A stretch of DNA of 64,000 nucleotides, taken from the NCBI GenBank assembly GCA_965214605.1, contig OZ243961.1, forward strand, positions 3,872,001 through 3,936,000, read 5' to 3'. The DNA comes from an uncultured Candidatus Binatia bacterium (lineage in GTDB: Bacteria; Desulfobacterota; Binatia; Bin18). A model generated the notes under the pieces. That model ran no database searches, was not told the origin of the DNA, and was given only the letters and a program-made list of their open reading frames with translations. The stretch's first letter is position 1. Each line of letters starts with the position of its first letter. Shown here in pieces: positions 1-9,840 of the stretch. Made by a program: the position numbers and the translations under genes.

Positions 1-425
1 ACCGTCTTATCAACAAACAACCCAACCGCCTGGATATTCTTTTCAGCATTATAGGCAGCCACGAGGCTTTTCCCCCAAAATGCTCGGATATTCTGATAGT
101 TTGAGTCGGGGGCAGGCCCAGTATCTTCAAATTGTCCGTATGTGAGCAATCCACGTAGGAAGGTATCTCGGCCGAGCAGCCTGAACTGAATCTCCTGTGC
201 AAATTCACAGAGATACATTGCACAATAAGATTTGTCGCTATTGGAAACGGCTGGTACTCCGTTGAATACGAGCAACGTGTCCGAAAATTGAATGACTCTG
301 AAATCTCCGTGGTTATGTGCGTTGGACTTGTCCAATACACGGAATAGATCAGGGAGAATTTCTGGCTTCGTATATACAAGCTCAGAAAATCCTAAGAGGT
401 CGATATAAAGAAGAAAGCGGTCCAT
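1..425 (-). CDS. Class III nucleotide cyclase-like protein, partial (runs off window start; absent from ORF track)
   Basis: Manual translation from ATG 425 with SD GGGGAGG: MDRFLLYIDLLGFSEL...VIQFSDTLLVF...FLRGLLTYGQF...FWGKSLVAAYNAEK. The DxxGF, FSD, RGxxxYG and GxxLVxAYxxE motifs fit the adenylate/guanylate cyclase fold. Confidence 0.7.
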   Translation of the reverse strand, partial: MDRFLLYIDLLGFSELVYTKPEILPDLFRVLDKSNAHNHGDFRVIQFSDTLLVFNGVPAVSNSDKSYCAMYLCEFAQEIQFRLLGRDTFLRGLLTYGQFEDTGPAPDSNYQNIRAFWGKSLVAAYNAEKNIQAVGLFVDKT

Positions 426-886
426 TATTTATCCTCCCCCGATAAGGCAAGAGCGGGTAACGCGGATGGGCTTCTGGATAAAGGACAGTACTTCAGCCAT
501 CAAGAGTGGTGGCTCAATTCATCCTCGCCACCGACCCTGCCCACCCCGCCGCCCTGGGCACTGCTCGGCCTGGTCGCTGGGCGCTAGTCTGTCTTTTGCG
601 TTCCCCCCCGCCTTGGTAAAGCTGCTCGAAAATCCAGAACAATACGTCCGGCTCAAAGAGTTGCTTGCGGCTAAGAACTGAATGATTTATCTCCGGCTGC
701 GCCGCCCACCTAGTGGCGGTTTCTTCGGACCTGGCCGCCCCACAAAGGCGGCCTTCCTCCGCATCCCGCTCCGGCCCGGTAGGGGTGGCTTGGTGTCACC
801 TTGGACACGAAGCCGGGGGCGGCCTGCTCCTGGAGGCCTGCGCGTCCAGGAGCGCGGCGGCTACCGGCGGAAACCCCAAAATTAGG

Positions 887-994
887 CGCGGCGGCAGGAC
901 TTGAACCTGCGACCTTCTCGCCCATACAATGTCGGTTGTCACTCTACATCGTATGTCGAAAACGAGATGCTCTATCCGTCTGAGCTACGCCGCG
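887..994 (-). ncRNA. tRNA-like RNA with hairpin-extended anticodon loop (copy 1)
   Basis: Acceptor CGCGGCG/CGCCGCG, D arm GCTC-AGACGGATA-GAGC, stem TCTCG/CGAGA, variable AGGTC, T arm GCAGG-TTCAAGT-CCTGC. 35 extra nt follow TTTTCGA. No encoded CCA. Confidence 0.8.
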
Positions 995-1009
995 AGGGAG
1001 CGCGGATTA

Positions 1010-1501
1010 TTATTTCACTGCCTTTAACCGAGGAATCCGAGGTTTGCCTTTACGGCTCCGTGTGGCCTCGTCCTCCTGTTTCCGCTGCTCACGTTGCTCC
1101 AGCTTTTCCGCAGCGTACCCGGAGGCTTCTTTAATGAGGCCATCGAGGTGATAAATATTCGTCCGACTCCCTCTCCCGGGTATTCGCCGTTCTTCACGCC
1201 GAATCAAGCCGTCCTGCTCCATGCTGGCAATCCGCCGCTGAATAGTTCGCGGCGTGACCCCCATCGCGTCAGCGATGGTTTTTTTTGACGGATACGGCTT
1301 TTGGTCCTTGGTCCACCAATAATCTGCGAGGTGCAGCAGGATGTTCAGGTCAAGAGCATCAAGGCCCAGTGCCTGCTGGCGTTCAACAAACACGGACGGA
1401 AACCCTATCCAGCCCGCGTCCATGAGTGGTTTGGTCCATTTCTCTTCGTTCACTTTGAGGTTTTCCCTCGGCTGTTTTGCTGCGGAATTTTGATTCTTCA
1501 T
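1010..1501 (-). CDS. Winged-helix HTH protein, replication-initiator-like
   Basis: YPSKKTIADAMGVTPRTIQRRIASMEQDGLIRR...GSRTNIY is the HTH_36/RepA-like signature. Likely start ATG 1501. Confidence 0.7.
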   Translation of the reverse strand: MKNQNSAAKQPRENLKVNEEKWTKPLMDAGWIGFPSVFVERQQALGLDALDLNILLHLADYWWTKDQKPYPSKKTIADAMGVTPRTIQRRIASMEQDGLIRREERRIPGRGSRTNIYHLDGLIKEASGYAAEKLEQREQRKQEDEATRSRKGKPRIPRLKAVK

Positions 1502-1686
1502 GGTTTTGATCTTCCACACAATTTCGGGTCGTGTAAATACTTCAGAGAGTCTACCCAGGAGACACAAAGGTCGCGGGGATATGGGTCCTGTGTGTGTAGC
1601 CTTCTCCGTCTGGCTTAGCCTTCGTCTTGTTTGCCTGTATACTATTTTGGTGGACATCCCTGACTGGGAGGAGGAAGACTAGAGAA

Positions 1687-1722
1687 TCTCCCAGGGGAGA
1701 TTTTAGAAACTCCCCTGGGAGA
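1687..1722. promoter_or_regulatory. Perfect 13-bp inverted repeat (operator or terminator)
   Basis: TCTCCCAGGGGAG-N10-CTCCCCTGGGAGA upstream of the HTH gene. Confidence 0.45.
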
Positions 1723-1852
1723 CCTTACTGTCTGGGGAAGGCCGGTGATCTGATTCGTTGACTGGGCAAAGACCGTTCTCCCGCCAGTGGGCTGATTCGG
1801 GGGGGGATGCTGCCAGTTGCAAGCGGGTCACGTTTGCGGGGCGGCGGGCGGA

Positions 1853-2071
1853 TCAGCCAGGTTTGACGGGGGTTTCCGCCGGTGGGTCGAGCGGGATGCA
1901 GGAGCGCCGTAGCAGCTCGGCTAAGACTTCGCCTTGTCGCTCAAGCGCGTCCCCTTGGCGGCGCTGGGCGGCCTCCATCGCGTCCAGTTGGCGGTTGCGC
2001 TCCTGGGAGGACACCCGCAGCTGCCACAAGCCCCAGGCAATCAAGAGCAGTTGCCCGCCAACAAGGGCCAA
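1853..2071 (-). CDS. Small TM + coiled-coil paralog family member (possibly 5' truncated)
   Basis: Hydrophobic LLLIAWGLWQL followed by ALERQGEVLAELLRRS, shared with other island ORFs. Confidence 0.55.
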   Translation of the reverse strand: MALVGGQLLLIAWGLWQLRVSSQERNRQLDAMEAAQRRQGDALERQGEVLAELLRRSCIPLDPPAETPVKPG

Positions 2072-2170
2072 GGTGCGCGGGCGGGCGGGCCGTTCGGATT
2101 GGGGATTTTTAAGGATGTCATAAGATCGCGCCGCGTCCCCCGCTCTCGCGGGGGCGCATAATAAAGGCGG

Positions 2171-3067
2171 CTATTTCTCGTCCTGGCTGTCCATGCCGAG
2201 AATATAATCGGCTGCCCGTTGGGCCTGGGAAGCGGCCTGCACAAGCAGCCGCGGGTCATCGCGCAACCTTTTCAACCAGCCGCGGATATAGCTCACGCTG
2301 GTGTCCGTCGTCCGGTTGTCAATCCCAGCCACCCCACACAGGAAGGCCGCCCCCATTTCCGCCACCAGCTCTTCTTTGCTGTAGTTGGTATCGCCGAAGC
2401 GGCCCGCGTCCACCACCCCCGGCCGATTCAACCGCCCGGCATGGCCGGTCGCATGGGTCAGCTCGTGAAAGAGGACGGAATAATACAGCTCCGGGGCCTC
2501 GAAGCTGGACGCCTCCGGCATGGTCACCTGGTCCACGCTCGGCCGGTAGAAAGCCGAGTCTCCCCCGTGCGTAATCGCCGGCCTCCCTGGCATGTCTGCA
2601 ACGATCTTTTCGCAAGCGCCAATTTTCAGGACGGGGTCAATGGCCCGCTGCTCCACCTTCGCCCGCTCCGCCCACGCCGGGGGCAGTTCGCATTGGGTAG
2701 CGTTGAACACCGTATAGGCGCGCGCCACAACCTACCCTCTCCGCGCCGCCCGTTCCTCGCCGGCGTCCTGCTGCTCGTCCTGCGCGCCCCCCTTCCGGGC
2801 CATGTATTTCCAGAACATAACGCCGGTGCCTTTCGCGCCTTTTTTGACGTACCCGCCAATCTGCCCGGCTTGCCGGTAGGTCAACCAGAACGGGGAGCCC
2901 CCTTGCCCGGCCAGCAACCACACATTCAGCCCCCGGTACGGCTTCCCGCTGATGAGAGTGCGCGGCGCGCCCTCGGCCGCGGTCCACGGGCGATGCCCCG
3001 GCACCACCCCGGCTTTGAGGGCGGAAACGATCCGGTCAGTAATTGTCGTGTACACGTCCGGGCTCAT
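2171..3067 (-). pseudogene. ardC: ArdC-family antirestriction protein (ssDNA-binding + zincin-like), premature stop
   Basis: VYTTITDRIVSALKAGVVP..SGKPYRGLN..WLTYRQA; AFYRPSVDQVTMP; HELTHATGH; EELVAEMGAAFL. In-frame TAG at 2732. Confidence 0.85.
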
Positions 3068-3575
3068 TTGGGCCTCCTGCTCTCCTTGAAAAAACAAATG
3101 ATTTTTTCGGTTCTCACCACCTGCTCGGACCGAAAAAAATCAGAGAGTGGCCCGCAGGGCGCAGGGGTGCGTCCGCCGGCGGCCATTCAGCGAGGCGTGA
3201 CAGGTTCGCGGAGCGGGGCTGGCGCGTATTGCGGCCGGTAGGCGGCGCGCGGTCTTAGTCCTGGCAAGTGGCTGCCAGGGCCTTTTGTGGTGGCCTCTTG
3301 CCCGGTCTTTGGGGGGGGGGCGGTGTGGCCCTCTACACGGACCCCCCCGCCCAGCCGGGGACGGGGTGGCTCTGTGGGTTCGTCCCACTGAGCTGGCGGC
3401 GTGGCCAGGGCAATCCGGGGAGGTAGGGAAAGAGTGACCGCCGTGAACACTCCCTCAAGGGAGGTGTGGAGGGGAAAAGAATCGCCCAGGGCGACCTTGC
3501 TCAACGCCCCGCTCGGTTGCGCGCGGGGCCATCCGTATCCGGTTGGGCCGGGCGTGACCCCGCCCGGCGGGGGAT
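3068..3575. other. Conserved structured non-coding region upstream of ardC (copy 1)
   Basis: Colinear with 11284-12000; several hairpins show compensatory changes. Confidence 0.6.
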
Positions 3576-3584
3576 TTGGAGGGG

Positions 3585-3855
3585 TTAGGCGGTGCGGCGG
3601 AGCAGCTCGGCCAAGACTTCGCCCCGGCGTTCGAGCGCCGCGCCGGTCGGCCGCCTCCCCCTGTTTTCTGAACGCCCCCGCCCGCTCATCAATTTCCCGG
3701 GCGCGCCGGGGGCCGGCTTCCCCCATCCGCTTCAATCCCACCAGGATCGCAAAGCGCCCCCCACCACTGACCGCAAGCTGGGCAATCTCTACCCAGCGCG
3801 GCCCCTGGAGCGCCTCGGCCGCCGCCTGCGTCACCCGTAACAATTCAGCGTCCAT
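3585..3855 (-). pseudogene. Small TM + coiled-coil paralog, frameshifted
   Basis: MDAELLRVTQAAAEALQGPRWVEIAQL..., with the C-terminal ALERRGEVLAELLRRTA in another frame. Confidence 0.6.
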
Positions 3856-4052
3856 CCTGGCCTGCTGCCGGACGAAATTTGCGCGCCCGGAAAGCAAAAA
3901 CAGCGGCGCCGCAGTCCAGGGCGGCGGAGCGGCGAAGCGCAGCGGAGTGGACCCTTGACGGTGGATTCTTTTTGCTCCGCTGACAAGCGCCAGGCAGGAA
4001 GGCAGAAAAAAAAGGGCGCGGGGCCTGGCCCGCCGCCTTCCCGCCCCCCGCC

Positions 4053-5023
4053 CTAGATATGAATCCGCTCGATTTCATCCAGCGAGACTTCGTTCGGCAA
4101 GCGGTTGTAGAGCTGCGTCGTGCGAGTCGATTCATGCCCGGCAATGCGCGCCGCCGTCTCCAACGTCCCGCCCGCCCGCAGATATTCGGTAATGCCCGTG
4201 CCCCGGAAGCTGTGGGCGCATATCTTCGCCGGCAACCCCGCGCGGCGCGTGCGCCGCTTAATCATCTTCAACGCGTCGGCCCGGTCCATCGGCCGGCTGG
4301 TAAGCCGGCCCCCCGCGCCCGGCCGACGGAAACAACGGGCCTTGCGGATTGGCCGCCAGGCCTGCGCGGTCTATGTAGTCATCCGTCCAGGCTTGCGCCA
4401 TGTGGTGCGCGGGAAGGACCAGATACTTGCCGCCCTTCTCGTGCAGCCGAAAAAAGGACCGCTTGCCCTGGGTGTAATAGTCCGCCACCCGCATCGCCAG
4501 CGCCGCGCTGATGCGCGCGAAGCCGTACACCATCAGACCCAGCAGCGCCCGGTCCCGCAACCCGATCAGCGGGGCGGGGTCGATACGGTCAAGCAGGCCC
4601 CGCGCTTCTTCCGCCGTCAACACGGGGGTCTTGCCCGTTTTGACGACCTGTTTCGGCCCGCGGACCGCCCCGGCCGGATTACTCCGCAGGACCTGGCCCA
4701 CGACGAGCCAGGCAAAGAGCTGGCGCAAGGCGGCCAGATTTTGCTTGACCGTGGCCGGCGCATACGCCCGCCCGAGCTGCTTGATGTAGCGGGTCACATG
4801 CAAGGGCTCGACCTGGGCCAAGCGGAGCGCCTGGGCCTCGCACCAATCCGCGAAGCGGAAGGCGGCCGTGACATACGCCATCCGAGTATTGGGATTGCGA
4901 ATGTTGGCCCCAAAACCGCCGCGCGTCCTCGCGCGTCTCGACAAAGAGCGCCGGCGCACGCCCGGCCGCAATCCGCCGCCGAATCGCCGCGGAAGGCGGC
5001 CGCTCCGCTATTGATGTGTCCAT
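4053..5023 (-). pseudogene. Tyrosine recombinase (XerC/D-like resolvase/integrase), frameshifted
   Basis: LRDRALLGLMVYGFARISA, HEKGGK, HSFRGTGIT, AGH..TRTTQLY split over frames. Confidence 0.85.
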
Positions 5024-5240
5024 ATCCCCTTCCTGTGTTACATATCCCTCATAAACCCTGTTTTTATGCCCTATTTTCCAGCCCCCCCCCCCCCCCCGCC
5101 GGGGCAGCACGAATGCGCTACTGGCTGGATTTCTTCGACCATTAGCGACTTGCCGCGTAGCTAGAGAAGGCGGCCAGGGTGGGGTGGGGCAAGACGCCGC
5201 CCCGGGGCCGACCTGGACGGAGCGCGGGCGAGGGCACCCC

Positions 5241-5678
5241 CTAAGCCGCCGTATCAACGGTCAGGGAGAGCCGTGCGCCGAGCCGCCGTAACACTGCGTC
5301 GATGGTGGCGGCCTTCGTGGCATGGTCGGGGTTCAACATCCGCCGCACCTCGTTTTCCGCAATGTTCAGCTCGCGGGCGAGGCGCCGGTGCGAGATGTTG
5401 GCGAGGCGATAGGCTTCGTAGAGGGCCGCTTTCAGCGCGATCTGCAACGGCGGAATGACCAACGGCCGCCGCTTACTGGCGCGCGACGGCTCGGGTAAGG
5501 CGCGGCTCTTGCGCATCGTCGTAGTGATCAACTCCCGCAGTAAGTCCTTCGCCTCGTCCAGCGCTTCCTCGCGGGTTGCTCCATCTGTCGCCCCCCACCC
5601 GAAGTCGGGAAACGTGACGACAAACCGACCGTCTTCGTCTCGTTCGATCTCCGCAGGATAGTTGAAAGTTTCAGGCAT
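5241..5678 (-). CDS. hicB: HicB-family antitoxin with C-terminal HTH
   Basis: YPAEIERDEDGRFVVTFPDFGWGATDGATREEALDEAKD plus C-terminal HTH. Confidence 0.85.
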   Translation of the reverse strand: MPETFNYPAEIERDEDGRFVVTFPDFGWGATDGATREEALDEAKDLLRELITTTMRKSRALPEPSRASKRRPLVIPPLQIALKAALYEAYRLANISHRRLARELNIAENEVRRMLNPDHATKAATIDAVLRRLGARLSLTVDTAA

Positions 5679-5961
5679 GGGGCGCACCTCTCCTTAATTA
5701 AAATTAGGAAGTTGGTCAATGCACCTGAAACCTTAGTAAACTGTAATTTTGGGCGAAGCTCTCCTAGCCCCACCGGAATGGGGGGGAGAGCTCGTCCGCT
5801 TGTATGCGGCTCTGCACTCGAATGCCAGCTCGGTGCAGACCCCCTGTTCCTTGCTGGACTGCTGGATAGTCCCGTTTCCCGCCCTGTCAGGGTTGCGCTC
5901 TAGGGCGGCGGCTGTGGGAAGCCCCCTGGTAGCCGCGGTTCCTCCTCACGCTGCCAGCGTC

Positions 5962-6192
5962 TTACCGCCCAGCGCGAAGGAATTCGTTCTTGTCAATGCC
6001 GAGGTCGGCGAGCATCTTGTTGAGTAGACCCTTCCCGATTTCTTTTTTCCGATCCTTCACCGTGGTTTCCTGATCGCCTACAAATAGCGTCCCATGCGAC
6101 CCCCGCCCCTTTTTGGCTATGAATTCAGGACGGGCCAGATCCTTGTCTTTAGCCCACTGCCGTACCCGCTTTATGAATTGCGCGCCGGTCAT
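5962..6192 (-). CDS. hicA: HicA-family toxin
   Basis: KGRGSHGTLF...KEIGKGLLNKMLADLGI (GSH motif); lies upstream of hicB. Confidence 0.8.
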   Translation of the reverse strand: MTGAQFIKRVRQWAKDKDLARPEFIAKKGRGSHGTLFVGDQETTVKDRKKEIGKGLLNKMLADLGIDKNEFLRAGR

Positions 6193-6536
6193 GCCGTCCG
6201 CCCCATCGTCCGATGTATTGCGCCATAGATAATGCCTCCTTCTCCTTAAAATTTAGGATAATGATCTCCAATCATGCGCACAAAAATGAGTGCACTTCAA
6301 GAGGGAGTGCCCCCCCGAGAGGCGACATCGGGCATTATCGGAAGGAATGAAGCCCCTGGCTGGAACTCGGCCCTGGCGGACATCGGGGACCTGAATCAGC
6401 CCTATCCAGTGTCGGACGCGGAATCAACATGGAAACAGCGGGCTTGAACGGCCGTGAGCGCGAAGCCGGAACGACTTGGCGACTGAAGCACAAGGAACGG
6501 CCGGCGCCGACAGCCCGCCGCAAGGTGTGGAACCTA

Positions 6537-7106
6537 ATGAGTATCAAAGTCAACTTCAGCGATTTTTGGTCCAAAGACGTCTCTCACAATCCCATTTTCC
6601 AGCTCATATCAAAACGATTCGATCTGGAAATTTCGCAACACCCCGATTACTTGTTTTCCGGGCCGTTCGGCAAAGACTACCGCGCGTACAATTGTGTGCG
6701 GATCTTCTGCACCGCAGAGAACATTCGTCCCGAATTTAGGGAATACGACTACGCCTTCAGTTTCGATTACCCCATAACCAATCGTAACTATCGACTACTC
6801 AGTTATCGATGGGGGGATAGGTACGGATACCACGCACTGAAGAAGGCGAGAGATGTAGATTCGCTGTTGGCGAACAAGAAGGGATTTTGCAACTCCATAC
6901 ACAGCAATCCGTACCCGACGGCAAGGAATCTATTCTTCGATGAACTATCCAGATATAAGCGCGTAGATAGCGCTGGCGGCTTTCGCCCAAATATCGGCTA
7001 TAGCTTGGATGAGGATGTGAGAAGCGCCCCCCGAGGTTCCGCGGCCCCGATTCAGATGAACCCATTGCCCAGGCCTATGTCGCCCTCGGCTGAGCGTACT
7101 TTGTGA
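6537..7106 (+). pseudogene. Alpha-1,3-fucosyltransferase (GT10) N-terminal fragment
   Basis: IKVNFSDFW..PDYLFSGPFG..RIFCTAENIRP..DYAFSFDY..KKGFCN..YKRVDSAG; truncated before the C-terminal GT10 motif. Confidence 0.7.
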
Positions 7107-7479
7107 TTTTTTCGGCAACATTTCCACCGTTATAACCATGAAACAAAAACACCACACCCCCACACAGAACAGCCGCGCCTCCCAAAATACCTAAAGAAAT
7201 CAGGACATATCGGGGGATTTTAAGAGTTACCAATTTCGCCATACCCTCCCTCCTTTCCACCGATCAAAACCGGCAGTAAACCCAATCACCACCAGTGCAG
7301 CCTAGACGACCAGAATTCACCGCCGCGGGTCCGCATGAAACCGACGAGGGTGTATTTGGTCGGCTTCCCGTAATTCCCCAATAAGAATATATTGTTTCAC
7401 CCGGCTTGTTTCCGCTCCTAATTGATTCTGCCCGTCATATCGACTCTCATCCCCTCCGGAAGACTGATGCCGAGGGCCT

Positions 7480-8031
7480 CTAGGCTCGGCGGCCGCCGCT
7501 CTTCGCCCTGGGCACGACGCTACGCCACCCGGTATGGATCACACGCTCCCCGCGCCCCCCTCCACCCCCCCGCTCCTCCCGCCGCCGGAAATACTCTTGC
7601 TCTGCCCCCCAGTACGCCTCATAGTTTGGAAAATCCGTCCGTTTGGGCTTAGGGTTCGCGGGGTCAGACGGCGGGTTGAACCAGTCGCCACCCAGCTGCT
7701 CTTGGCACTGCTGAATGGCCTCATATTTCGCCTGCATCTGATCCCAAAAGACCGGCCGCTGGAGATGGGCCGCCTTTACGCCAGCCACCCCATTATGTTC
7801 CAGATAGGCCGCTATCTTGACCATGCTTTCCGGGCAAACTTTTGAGAGATCGCCCCGGTTAATGGTTTTCCACCGGGGATGATCCGGATCACGGTAATAA
7901 TGGGCGCATCCGTCTCCCCCCGGCCCAATCCCCCCGGCGCTTATCAACACCCACAGTCGGTCTTGATCGTAGGTTTCAAGCGGATTTGTGGGGCTGGTCA
8001 ACGACTCCCCACCACACCCCAAGCAGACCAT
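7480..8031 (-). CDS. Hypothetical protein
   Basis: 183-aa ORF with protein-like composition; no family recognised. Confidence 0.4.
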   Translation of the reverse strand: MVCLGCGGESLTSPTNPLETYDQDRLWVLISAGGIGPGGDGCAHYYRDPDHPRWKTINRGDLSKVCPESMVKIAAYLEHNGVAGVKAAHLQRPVFWDQMQAKYEAIQQCQEQLGGDWFNPPSDPANPKPKRTDFPNYEAYWGAEQEYFRRREERGGGGGRGERVIHTGWRSVVPRAKSGGRRA

Positions 8032-8099
8032 CAGCCCCGCTGCGAAAATATTGTTCCATCCTCTCCCCTCCTCTCTGTCTGTTTGGGCCTAGTATTCAA

Positions 8100-9412
8100 T
8101 ATTAGCCCGGTCAATGAAAACCGGGTATGAATAGCTCTGCGTTGCCCCGTTTCGTAGCGTGACGTTGCGAATCTCGGCCTCATATAGGGTGTCATATGCC
8201 CAGGCCTTCGACCTGCCAACTCAGGAGGTTGGGCACGCCGAACCCCTCGCTGTCTGTATAGGGGTTAGTGATTACCAGACTCGCGTCGTCGGATGTGCGG
8301 ATAACGCTAATGCTCGCGTGCTCGAAGTAAGGATATTGGTTGCCCCATATATTATGCTTGTCTTCGATCACGCTGAAGCTCTACGGTGTGCCCTCCCCTA
8401 CCAGATGAAAGGGGTAGGTCTCATACGGAAAGGCGACATAATCGACCTCGACCCGAGGGCTGACAACAGGTTCATCATGGAAACTATGGACCTTTTACAC
8501 GGCATAGCCGTTTACCTGCCCATAACTCATGTAGGTTGCGAAGGGGTTGAGCAGCCAGCGGCGGTGGCCGACTGCGGCTATTAGGCTGCGGTTTCTCGCA
8601 TCATTGGCCCAGCCGATCATATCCCGCCGGGGTCTTTCTCCCTCGCCCCCCCAGAAAGGTTGCTCGATGCGCTGCCTGCTGCACCTGATTGTCATAGCGC
8701 AGGCTGTATTGCACAGGCTCCAGGCCGTGCAAGGCCCGAATCTGGTTCATGGCATCTAGGGCACGGCCCCTCGCGGCCTGTGTCAGCCTCCCCGCTCCAC
8801 AGGTGTCAAGGTCGGGCTGCGCGTCATACAAAAACCTGGCGGTCTGATAAGTACCCTCGAACAAGTCTATAGACAGTTGCCGCCAGTACGCCTAGTCATA
8901 TTCCCCCCCATCGGGCTCTCTAACATCCCCCGGATTTCAAAATGCTGGGTGCTCTCGTTCCATTCAAGCACCGTGGTTTCTCCAGGGGCCGGGAAGTTCT
9001 CAAGCAGATGCTGGCGCTCAGCGCCTTTCAAGAACTCCTCCCCGGTCGATCCCACGGTAAACGTCGCCCGGTCAAACTCCACCCCATTGTCGTAGGCCAC
9101 GTCCTCATGCTCCCCATCACCGAGCCGCGCCCAATTCCAGATGGCCACAAACCCCGCGCGGTCATGGTTACAGGCCCCCGCCTCTAGTACGTCGGGGCGT
9201 TGACTGCCGTACACCAGGGGAATCGGCTTCCCACCATTGAAGCGGACGGTGAGGGCCCCATCTGCTTCACACTTCCAGCCAGATATGACGCCAATGCCCG
9301 AATAGAGCCGCCCGTTACCGGGATTTCCCAGCAGCGCCGCCCAGCTCGGAGCGGCGGCAAGAACGCCGAGGTACAGAACGGTCCCTAGACCCACCCATCT
9401 AGTTCTCGTCAT
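8100..9412 (-). pseudogene. Secreted protein (SGIGVISGW domain + CAP/SCP-like domain), fragmented
   Basis: Signal peptide then LGNPGNGRLYSGIGVISGWKCEA; downstream fragments ALDAMNQIRALHGLEPV and VGHRRWLLNP. 3' end approximate. Confidence 0.55.
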
Positions 9413-9681
9413 CGGGGTGCCGTCCGTTCGATGAGGACCCGCAGCGCGTCCCCCTGCTGATGCAGCGCGGTCATGGTCTCTTCGTGCTGCTGCCGAGCCT
9501 CCTCGCGCCGCTGTTCGGTGCCCAGGCGCATCAGCCGAAAGCCGTAGAGCACCAAGCCACTGGAGACGGCCAACGTCAGGGCGCTCAAGACGGTCTGCCA
9601 CGTCGCCAGGGCCAGACTCCCTTGCTGGATAGCCAGACTGGCATTTTGGTAGGCGATGGTGGCCGCTTCAAACTCAGTCAT
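9409..9681 (-). CDS. Small TM + coiled-coil protein (related family)
   Basis: SD GGAGG; TM segment then QQGDALRVLIERTA. Confidence 0.65.
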   Translation of the reverse strand: MTEFEAATIAYQNASLAIQQGSLALATWQTVLSALTLAVSSGLVLYGFRLMRLGTEQRREEARQQHEETMTALHQQGDALRVLIERTAPR

Positions 9682-9690
9682 GGCTTCCTC

Positions 9691-9840
9691 CTACTGCCGA
9701 GCTATCGCCGCCTTCCCCCGCGCTTGAAAGAGCATATCAAGGGCCTCGGCTACCAGCTCCTGTACGGTCGTGTCCTCCTCGGCCGCCAGGGCCTTTATCT
9801 GCCGCGCTACCGCTGGATCGAAGTAGCCGCCGATACCCAG
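9691..9840 (-). pseudogene. Ribbon-helix-helix (ParA-partner-like) C-terminal remnant
   Basis: Manual translation IGGYFDPAVARQIKALAAEEDTTVQELVAEALDMLFQARGK; abuts the N-terminal fragment MTEFEAATT (9928). Confidence 0.55.

Noticed and set aside
466-681. 71-aa plus-strand ORF
   Set aside because: Only the last about 25 codons look protein-like; probably a gene-end remnant that cannot be assigned.
887-994. Calling the tRNA-like elements ordinary tRNA-Glu(TTC) or integration-site remnants
   Set aside because: Both halves are complete, and the 35-37-nt insert is structured and conserved in two copies. There is no CCA, and the body does not look like a typical tRNA-Glu.
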